64,000 nt of DNA, taken from the NCBI GenBank assembly GCA_000708835.1, contig DF237002.1, positions 1 through 64,000 on the forward strand. The letters run 5' to 3'. Each line of letters opens with the position of its first letter. The first letter of the stretch is position 1. The stretch is from Klebsormidium nitens. Its lineage: Eukaryota; Plantae; Klebsormidiophyceae. Made by a program: the position numbers and the translations under genes. The notes below the pieces were generated by a model. That model searched no databases. It was not told the origin of the DNA and was given only the letters and a program-made list of their open reading frames with translations. This document shows, piece by piece, positions 36,701-47,300 of this stretch.

Positions 36701-39700
36701 TCATTTCTTTGACTGGTGCCATCAGTACGATTTTGATGACGTCATCATCGGCGGAATCCCAGAGAGCACCTTAAGCAGGAGGGCGGTGTGGTGGAGGCTC
36801 TGTTTCTTGCCGTCGTTTGATCGATTACTAACCCGAGCACGGTCTTGAAGATCATGGAACTTTTGAAATTTTCCGCCAAACGCCTGGGAGCTGTCTGCCT
36901 TCTTTCCACTAGAGGATGGCAGCAAGCCGTGTAGTATGTGATGAACGAATGCTTGTCACATTTGTGCATTTGCTTGTGTTTCAGGAAGTATCCTCTTCTT
37001 GTTCGTAACCCAGTTTGCAGATCGTTGAAGGCGTGACTCTGGTAACCTTCACGTGGTTAGACCAAACCTTTGTTGCGAGAGGTTTGCTTTCTTCCTTCAT
37101 GCATCTGAGAGGACTGAATGACAACAGTAGTTCTTTTCCATATCTCGGGTCGAAGTTGGCAGGAAACTTTCTTAACGGCTTACTGTTTTGCAGGCCGGGC
37201 CATCTTCCAAGGTACCGTGAGGGTAGAGGGGGGCGGATTTGCCAGTCACAGGTAAGCTTTTGGTCGTATCAGGGGACCTAGGTCATGGCCGAAAGAACTG
37301 GAGTCTTTTGCTTGTCTTTTTGCTTGTCTTGACCTTTCCGAACATCTCATAGTCATTGGTTCTCCGCACAATTGGAAATCGTGTCAAATACAGCATCGTC
37401 GACCACCGAAGGTGCTTGATGCGCAACCAAACAAAAAGAACCAGTTGCGGTATTTCCTCTGGAGATGAGTCATTTGCGTGCCACCGATATTGCACCCTTG
37501 GACTGTTGCACTCTCTTTCGCTTCCCCTGATGTTCTGAGCTGGTGCGCAATGCAGGGCGGCGCTCCCTAAGACCGACCTCTCCGGCTTTGACGGCATCTC
37601 GCTGCGGGTGAAGGGGGACGGGAAGCGGTACAAGCTCAACATGAAGTCGACAGTAAGCGTCTCCTCACGCTCCCTTAATGCTTGTTTGTGGGGATGGCCA
37701 AGTTGCCCCTCGTTGTCGGGGCTAGTTTGTTAATAGTCAGAGCGCCGAAGGGGCAGAGCAATGTATCGCCAGGCCTCCACTTCATAAGTTTGTGCAATTC
37801 TCAAGGAACAGAGTAGTATAGCTGAAGCGACAGGCCTCCACTACATACGTTGCGCCGAATCCATTCAGCAGAGCAGCAAAGCTGAAGCTATACTAAATTC
37901 TGGACACGTGTCCAACAGGACAGGGTCATTACCCGAAGTTTCTTCAGCGGATGATCGGTGCGGAATCTCAAGTTAGATACTGCGGCAGCGGGATAAGCGG
38001 GACGCTGGCACCAGACGTTTTTCATGGCCTTGGTGTCCGAAAGTGTCGCCGAATCACTTACGATCTTTCTCATCCGAACCCGCAGGTTGAGGCCCCCGAG
38101 TTTACATACCAGGCTAGTTTCGACACCGTGCGAGGCCAGTGGGTCGACGTCAGCATCCCCTTTGACAGGTGAGCCTCTCAACCTCTAGTCCCATATCCTT
38201 CCTGTTGGTCAGTACTTACTGCGGACGTCACCCCCTCAGCGCTGAACGCTGATGGTGACATCAGTACACGCCAGCTGTTTCCACGGAGTCCTTTCCGGTA
38301 AAGAACGTCCGATGACGTATGCTGTATACCCTTTTGTCGAGAGTTGGATTTTCGGATCTGAAGGATCCTGGGGGTCAGAATTTTATGGTCTTTGTTTGGT
38401 CCCTGAGTGAGTCGTGGTCAGACAACAAAAGTGAGCTTTTAAAAGTAGAGAAGGCCCGGCTTGTCCATCCTCGAGCCCTTTTACGCGTTTAAATCAGCGT
38501 ACTTCGGGGGCTTCACACAACGCTGGTCCACACCGTGCAGGTTCCGACCGGTTGTGCGTGCCCGCGTCGTAGAAGACGGGCCGAAGCTAGACACGAGCGA
38601 CATCAAAACGGTGAGGCTGTTTTCTTGAAAGGCCCACCTCAACGGAGCGCTCTCTTTCATCGGGTCCCAAAGAATGTGGGTTCTGGGACACTCACAGATT
38701 GGAAAAAGGCGGTCGAAATCATGGCGCGGCAGTTCTACGAGCTTCCGTTGACTGTAGCGCCGTTACGAAACGCTTCTTCCACACAGAAACTTTGCTCGAT
38801 TAGGCTGCTCACTCGCTCTGGTGTTTAGGCCGAGACGTCCGACCCTCCTCTGTGCTTTACAGAGCGGCTGAGCATGCCACGTGCCATCAAAAAGTCGGGG
38901 CTAACAATCCGTTATCCTGGGAGGGTGCTCGTTTTACCGGCGGCCTTACTGGCGACCACCGCTGCTCAGGCAGGAAGCAATATGCACTGATTCCCTGCAC
39001 GGCATTTGCGTTTTGTGTTCCTGAGCAACTTGGAAGCTGTCCACGCTCTCGTCTGCAGATTAGCGTCGTCCTCAGCCGCTTCGAGTACGACGGCTTCCCC
39101 AACTACGTGTTCACACCGGGGCCCTTCAGACTGGAGGTAAACATTTTGCACGAACTGTGAATCGTCGCTTATTGGCCTCGGAGGTTTAAGGGCTGTGATC
39201 AGATTGTCGCACCGCTTTCTGGTCACTAAAAAATGGGTTTCGTTTAAGCCGCCAATATGTTCAAGAATGGGAACCGTATGCAGCACTGCTGTGAACCCGA
39301 CACGAGACCTCCTCGCCAAAGACGCTAGCGTCAATGACGTCAATCAGCTGTTTTGCTGACACGTGGTTCACTGCGCTGCAGATCGAGCACATCAGTGCTT
39401 ACAAGAAGCCCCGCCCCCAGTTTGTTCTGGTCAGCAGCGCAGCGGTGGAGCGAAGTAACCGGGCGAGGACACCCGAGCAAAGGGATCGGTCCATTCCCAT
39501 TGTCAAACTCAACCCGGGTCAGTGGTCCTTCTTGTTCAATTTTGTTGTTACGTGCTCTAGGAGTGATTGGCGGGATCTTTAGGGGTGAAGAGTAGCTGAG
39601 TCCTGATGTATGCGGCGGCCGGAAGCAAGCTCAAAACATTCTCGTGTTGGAGGCTCCATCCAACATCCAATAGCTGTGAAGGATCGAGTGTTGACTCTTA

Positions 39701-41765
39701 CTGGTGTCTTTATGCGTGTTGCGAAGCCGGCAGCCTTAGCTGGCACGCGGAGTGGACGCTGAAGTCTCTTCTAAGAAACGTTCTGTTGATATTCTGCCGT
39801 TTGTCGATTTGCGAATGCTGACACTCCTCACACAGGCGCTGATCCTAAAATGGCGAAGCCATTACTTTCTTTCTATTTCTGCATTTTGAAGTCAAAAGTC
39901 GTCTTTTTGCCGTAATATGAAATAGTCATGGGCCCCAGGTTTGTCGACACGTTTACTGTCGGTTTACTGTGCCGATCTCGCGGAGACCACTTTATTCCGG
40001 TTGTTCCGGTTGCATGCGTCGTCATCCTCCAGGAGACTTTCGGAAGGAAGACCACAATAACCACGACAATACGACTACTCAATACCTTGACGGGTTTCGC
40101 CGTCGCTCGAACCACGAGCCCTTCCCGCATCAGCAAAAAAAAGAAGATTGGTATCATTGGGCATCTGGTCGCCAAGCTCAACGTCGGATAGGACGACATA
40201 CTCTTACTCTTAAGAAGAAAAATCTCACACGCCTGCTTCTGACGTTGGCAGGCGACATCCTGACGTGGAAGCTGGTCAGCGAGGACATCCTGAAGGCGAG
40301 CGGCTTGGCGTACGCGATTGTGAGGCCCTGTGGGCTGACGGAGGAGGACCAGGACACGCCCTTTGAACTGGAGGTGAGGCCTCTGACAGGGCCCGAACGC
40401 CCTCAGATGCCTAGAAGGAGAGTATGGAGCGCTGACCAATTGTAGTTGCTTATTTGGAGGTATTGTAAAAGAATCTCGAGTCCGTCGGAGGAGGGTGCAG
40501 TCAGAGTTTTACAGTAACCAACCAACCTCTAGGGCGGGGGGGAGGGGGTCAAATTCCCTCCTTCCCCACTGCACCCCCTCACCCCCAACATGCGAGCGCG
40601 CCCCTATCTAACCACAAAGAAAAACGCTTACTGGTAGGGAGGAGAGAATGTAATGTTTGGATGGGAAAGGCCTTGAGACAGTTCAGTGCACTACTCCGAA
40701 GCAGTCAGAGCGGGGTCAAGGAGATCAGCAATCTGGGGACCGGGTCGGGGATACCTGTTGGAAGGGATGACGTGGCGGGGTTAATGGTTCTGACCGGGGG
40801 CTCTTCGATCAGCGATTGATCGAAAGAAGCTCCGTCCCTAAACCCCGTCTCGTCATCGCTTCCAACAGCATCCCCAGCCTCGGTCCCCGAATTTCTGATG
40901 TCCTGATCCCCGCTCAGTCCCGGGTTGTCACTGGGCTAAGGCGAAGAGCTGGGGCGGCTGGAGCACCGGTAAGACCAGCCGCTCATCGCATCAGAAGCAT
41001 ACCAAGGCTGCAAGGGCTCAACCAGCTTCTTCTGGTGCGATCGCAGGTCGCCCAAGGCGACGCCATCACGGGAAAAGTGTCGCGAGCTGAGGCGGCGCGT
41101 GTGGTTGCGGCGACACTGGACTCGGCTGACACTGTTTACACCACCTTTGAGGTGGGTTATGGCTGGACCCCGTTCTCAGGCTGACAAGCTGAAGCAGTGT
41201 CATTGCTCAAGCGCCCTGATTGCGTGTGATGGCGAAGCAAGGCAGATCTCATGTAGGCCCTCGGTGGGTGTGTGACCGATGAGAGTGTAGATTGCAGAAT
41301 TTCCGCGACAGCAGTAGTGGATTGGAAAAAAATCAGAATGCCACGCTTCCTGCAATCGATGTTGAACGGCTTTCGTGAGAGAAGCTTGCATGCTGGCTCA
41401 AAAGCGACGTACGGTCATTCATAACTCTTTTCTTTTGCTCTGTCTTCGAACCCTCCGGCAACTTTGGCCGTGCTTGTTCCGAGCAGTTTGCGAGCCTTCG
41501 TCTCCCCTGTCAACAACCTCCACAATATACTCAATCTGGATCCTGCTTCCAGGTCCGACGAGACGCGCTTACAAAAGGCTTTGACACCACGGACTGGGTG
41601 GGCCTTTTCCGGCGACTCCGGCCCGACGTCCTGCCCGGCATCGTCGCCTTCACGCCCCCCCCCAAGCCGACCGAGGACAAGGAGGACCCCGACGCTAAGA
41701 AAGCCGCCGAGGTGGCTAAAGCTCTCAAGCAGCAGGTTGAAGGAGCAAAGGCGGCTGTTTCCTAG
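33730..41765 (+). CDS. Plastid NAD(P)-binding Rossmann-fold protein interrupted by a CIA30 domain (At4g18810/HCF173-like family), 13 exons, about 617 aa
   Basis: Exons 33730-34024, 34821-35038, 35908-36066, 36454-36673, 37194-37251, 37556-37652, 38086-38168, 38541-38610, 39059-39136, 39382-39517, 40252-40373, 41047-41151, 41553-41765, phases consistent. Motifs ILVVGATGKLG, LDDVIMGGISDS, DGISLRVKGDGKRYKL, YQASFDT, SRFEYDG, IVRPCGLTEE, QGDAITGKVSRAEAA. Confidence 0.93.
40708..40915 (+). ncRNA. 208-nt imperfect hairpin in intron 11; pre-miRNA-like or fold-back element
   Basis: Arms pair over most of the length with loop GCGAT at 40812-40816. Core 40755-40782 pairs with 40841-40868 at 26 of 28 positions with no bulges. 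Confidence 0.5.
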
Positions 41766-44338
41766 AAGGGAGTCGATACGCTTATCTTCTGTGAGGATTG
41801 CATAAGTGTTGCATACCTAAGCTCCGATGCACAGCCCATAGATTCGGGGCTAGAGATTTTGCCGTTTCCGAGTTGTGCCTACTTAGAGGCCGCTATAATT
41901 GTCTTGATATGCACGTTGAGGTCTTGCTGAGGACGGTCTAGAAAGGGTGGTCGGAGGCAGTATGACTGCGTTCTAGAGACAATCAGACCGGTAGCTTCTC
42001 CCGAGCAGTGCAGCAGGCACGCTCAGAGCAGGGGCGGCGGTCGGACAGTACGGCCGGGCGGGTCAGTTGTTGTAGGCGCATCCGCGCGTTGGTCGTGACT
42101 TGTTATAGAGTTGCGGTCTTGGCCTCGCCAAGCAGCCATACGGGTATGCATAGAAAGTAGATTTAGCTGAACTTTCAAAATAATACTCTTTTACGGATAA
42201 AACATGTTTCCAGAACCTGGCAAGCTCGTGAATTACTTCACTTGGCATATGCGAAGCGGGTCATTTCGCCGGAGCGCTTGCATGCCTCACGGTAACGTGG
42301 CCGGTACTTGAAGCTTTGGGCGGTGGCAGTATGCAAGGAGCTCTATAGCTCTTTCATCGTCAATTCGGACAACCGCAATCGAACGAAAGGTATACTGTAA
42401 TCGTCATGCACGTGCCAGCTAGGTCGTCCTCGACAACTCCGAGTCCGCGCCCTGGTGCGCTCAGCGCTGCAGCAGTTCCATGTGGCTTCCACGCGCGTCT
42501 TTGTGACATGATTGGACTAAATAAGAATCACCATCCGTTTGTAATCAGCATCACATGTGTTCCTACATGACAATAAGGCCACTGAGCTTATACTTCCGTG
42601 GCCGAGCAAAAAGAACCGATCGAAACGGTAGTAGCAACCGCACAGAACATCTCTGTTTATAAAGGACTATCGGGACGTACGAGTTCTGGCTGTAGAACGC
42701 CGTTTTGTCCCTGATCCCACCATATCTGGTGTGGGCCGGTCAATGAACAGGCGATGCATCGTCGAATGGATCGGACGGTCCAGAAGCGATCTCTAAAAGG
42801 TGCTCTTGCTGGCAATTCTGAAAGCGTGTAATCAATTGTGTGGATCAGAGTCATGCTGCCACAGCTGCAATAGCTAAGTTCTAATTTCGGTCATATCACA
42901 GGTCCTTCGTAGGTGTATCCGGATTCTTTTAGGGAGGAAACGTGCATTTGGTTTGCAAAGGGCAGCTTCCACCCATAATAATCCCCTTTTATTTCCAAGT
43001 TTCTCTGCTCTAGGAAGTATTGATCACGGTCACATCACAGAGCCTTTTTGAGACCAACGAGAAGGGCGCTCTAATCGAGAAACTTCTGATCTCCCTATTT
43101 ACGAGGCTTCCAAAAGCACCTTTTCTCTAGTAGGCGACAACTGCGATCGCCGACGCATAGAGGTGGCCTTCGCGTCGATCAGGCCCATCAAAAAGAAAAC
43201 GAGGTCGTATAAACCCAGCTGAATCGACGAGATCCTTTACGAGCAGCACGTTCGCTCGGAGTTCGCTGGCTGATAGCAGAGACCCTTCTTATGTGGTCGT
43301 TGTCATTTCCTGCCGAGCTAGACTTATATATACCAGGGATTGGCTGTCATTGAGTGCACCTCTTTGATATGATCGGCCCCCGTTATTTACGGCTCACTGT
43401 GACCGTTTCGATGACCCCGAGGAGAAAAAAAAATCTGCGCGAGTCACGTCATGTCGCGCACGAAAGTCATCTGTCGTACTCATTCCTCTCACCTTCGTTC
43501 CATCATGAATCTCCCAATTCTTCGGGGACCTGATTGCCGAGATGAAATTCATGATGTGACGGAAGCCCTTTTCTTTGCGAAGCTATTGGATCTGCCAGGA
43601 AGGGATTTCGCGAGCAAGAAAGGGGCGCCTCAGAACCTTACTGAAAGCGATCAAATCTCAAAAGCGCACATTCTGCCAAGCGGAGCTCAGGGCTCGGTTC
43701 TAAGAGAGGTGGGCTAGTAGAAAGCGTCCAGGTGGGTCAAATTGGGTCACAGTGTCTGCGGGGCGCACAATCCTCAGTTGTGTGCAGAATCTGGTTGACA
43801 TGTCCTGGTATTAGTTGGAAGAGCGTGCAGCTAAGATATTTCGGTGACCGTAAGGTATCGTTGATCTTCAATCACAAAGGGAGCTTTTAAGATCCTAGAG
43901 AGGAGTTCTAAAGCTGATACGAGTGAATGGATCGAAACTTAATAAACTATAACTTGAAGACAATCTGAATTCATTCTAGACAAAAGCTGTAGACCACATT
44001 CATGCTCTTGCTCTGTGCCGGGCGATCAAGTAGCAGCAAACAATCTGACTATGACCGGGATGCTTCTAAACAGCCCAGTCCAAGAATTCTGACTCTTCCT
44101 TCATCCTTTGAGTCTGCCAAGGGGGATCTGGGACAGCTATGCATCCCGGATTCAGAGGTGGCTTCAAACCTAGGCCGTAACTTCCCAGTTTTGTAATACG
44201 CGGGTCAACAGACGCCTAGGCTTCTTCCGCTTTCTGTCGATTCCGGCAGCGGATGTCCTAGATCCTGCAGGTTGCCTTCGTATGTTTTTGGAATGTTGTG
44301 AAACGCCTGCGGGGAAGAGCAGTTTCTAAACACCGCCG

Positions 44339-47300
44339 ATGGGGTCCGCTCTGAAATCAAACGGAGAGCAGACCGGTGGGAGGTTGCTGGAGTCCGGAGC
44401 TAGGGGGGCTGATATGCCGGTGAAATTGAGCCCCCCGAATGAGATTCCAGCCCAGGAGGAGAAGCCCGGGTCGCCGGAAAGGGTCTCGTTCAAGAAGAAG
44501 GTTGAAGAGTGGGAGCGGCGGCTTGGTGCTAGAAAGGGGCTTGTAGCATCTGGCGCAGGGTTTGCAGTAACCAACGAGCGGTTGACAGAAGAGGTGGTGT
44601 CAAACGGGCGCGGTGAGGCCGCACGGAAGGATTTTGACACCGGACTTGACGATAAGGAGACGACCGCTCAGCGGACAACTGGTGTCTCTGATACTAGAGG
44701 GTTGTACCCAACTAATGACGTTTCGGCGTCAGAGGAAGAAGAAGGGTTTTCCGGCGTCGCTCCTTCTGCACTAGATACAGCAGAGAGTCCCGTAGAGAAG
44801 GATGTGACTCTTGCAGAAGTCCTCGGGACTGAAAACGCTCTGCCAGAAGCAAGTCGCAACAGGAGTGAAGAAGTAAGTGGATGGGTTGAGGAGCGGCAAC
44901 AGATTCGGGAAGATGGGGGAGATCCGGTTCCGCTTAACGGAACGTGGAAGGATAAGAGCGGAAGAGCGGAAGAAGCGAAGAAGGCTGCGGATAGTAGCAT
45001 TTCAACTCTCAGAGGGGGGGCGTTGTGGAAACCAAACCCGGCGATGCACAGCGACCTGACTGTGCAGGTAAGCGTGGGGATACCGCGCTACACTTTTCTT
45101 TAAAAACCCTTCATGGCTTTCAATCAATAAGGGCTTTTCAAACAGTCTCTTCATGGGTATCTGCCGGTAAAGGCGAAACATGACGGCGAGTTGCTCTATA
45201 TTCAATGAGAGTTTTTTCCAACATTGACTCTGCTTTCGGAAGGTAAAATCGATCAAAAACAGGTCCCACAAAGCTCTGACGCACGTCAGAAACGGAGGCT
45301 CAGGCGAAGCTGTCTGCGTACGAGACTGATCTCCAAGGCAGGATTCTTTCTTTATCTACTCCCCCACAATATCACCATGTTCGACTAAGGACGGCACCGC
45401 TCTCGGAACGTGATCTCGTAGACGTCATCAATCAGCGGATCGCAAAGTACTGATTGATCGTACAAGTATCTGCCATCTTGCCCGGTACGCTTAGCGTGTT
45501 CCTTTCCTACCGCAGGTCGAGAGTGCCTCCTTCCAGCTTCACAAGTCCGCGATGTGCGCGCGCAGCGGCCTGCTGGCAAGGCTGACGTCAGGGCGGCCCC
45601 ATGTGGAGCGGACACGTGTCACGCTCGCGGACCTGCCAGGGGGCGAGAAGACGTAAGCACATTCCGCATTATATGAAATTCATCCAGGTGTGTCATTCAC
45701 AACCCAAGAGGGAATTCTTTGCGCAATCTCTTACAAGCCAAGGCCGACGCAATGAGTTTGATAACGGCGTTGTGTAGCGAAACAGTCGTGAACGACCAAT
45801 GCTTTTGATAACCGCAGATTGAAGTCTGCAGAGTGATCAAAGATGGCGTCACAAATTGTCCCTCAGCACGTCTTCAGCCTGTCGTTCCTCGTTCTACGAT
45901 GCGCAGATATATTCCCAAACATCACTTACCAAAACGTGATGATGTCAAGAAGCATCTCCATGACTTACAACGTCAGTACTTCATTCCAGACCTCTCCCTT
46001 GTTCCCAGCTTCGAGCTGGTGGTCCGCTTCTGCTACGGCGAGCGCCTGCACATGTCCTCGGGGAACATCGCCGGGCTGCGCCAGTGTGTCGACGACCCAA
46101 CTCACCATTGAAAGCCCAGATTCGTACGAGTCTGTTTGCAACGCGTCGATTCAGTCCGTCACTCTAAAATGTTTTCCAACCCGCCCTTGTTCCGCAGCTT
46201 CGAACTGGTTGTGCGCTTTTGCTACGGCGAGCGCCTCCACATGTCTCCGGGGAACATCGCCGGGCTGCGCTACGCGGCCGCGTACCTGGAGATGACCGAA
46301 GAGTTCAGCCCCCCCGGCCACCTCAATCTGCTCACGCTCACGGAAGCGTTTTTGGACGCCGTCGCGCTGCGGACCATGGCTGACGCGCTGCGCGTCCTGC
46401 TGGGCTGCCAGGTGGGAGAAATAGTCGCTTTGAGGATCCAGGGTTCTGGGCATAAGTGGTTTCAAGTCGAACAGTGTTGAGGGCGTCACTCCATAGAGGT
46501 ATCAGTAAAGCTGCAGGGACCACATGGCAAGGAGTCGGGTACTTTTAGTCGCTAAACGCAGTGCCACGTAATCAGATTCTCCAGGCTTTTCCGCGCGGAG
46601 ACCGCCGCGAAACCACGCAGGTACAAGGTCCTGCTCAGCCGCGAAATGCAATTGCAAAGCGTCAGATATCTTGCGTCTACGGCCGGTTCTCATTTTTAGC
46701 TTTGCACGAATCTTGGCGCCTATTTTACTTGTATTACGGGTCCAAGTAGCAACGGATGAGCGGCAAAGGTGCTGAACGTTGACTGGTTTATGATGGTGGA
46801 TCGCGTCCATTTTGAAGTTGTGCCTTCAGCTTGATCCAGCTTTTGCTGGACCAAGAGCGCCAAAAATCGTTTGCACAGTTCGAAACGTGAATCGAACAAA
46901 TCTGTTCACGCAAAAACTCGCAACGAAAGAGGAAGGACGAATGTAGCACGACAACCGGTTGCAACAGACTCGAGTGGTTTTCCAATCTTCCAGGCGCTCG
47001 GAGAGCCCGCGGAAGCGTGCGACCTGCCGGGCCGCGCGATGGAAGCGATCGCCGCGCACGTCGCGCGGTTCGGCGTCGAGCACCATTCCCGGGCGCTCCG
47101 GCGACAGGACGCCCCTGCGACTGAGCCCGAAGCCGCCCCTCCAACCACGCTTGACGCCCCAGCTTCTGATGAACTGCCCAGTGCGGATCTCCGACCGCCT
47201 ATCCAAACCCCCCCGGTCAATACTCTGAGAGAAAAGTGGGTCAGACAGCTGGCGAAGTTGGAGGCCGGTACGTTCGCCAGATTGCTGACGAAGCTCGAGA

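Noticed and set aside
38193-38200. ATATCCTT, resembling a U12 donor
   Set aside because: It lies 25 nt inside a normal GT-AG intron whose splicing already keeps frame.
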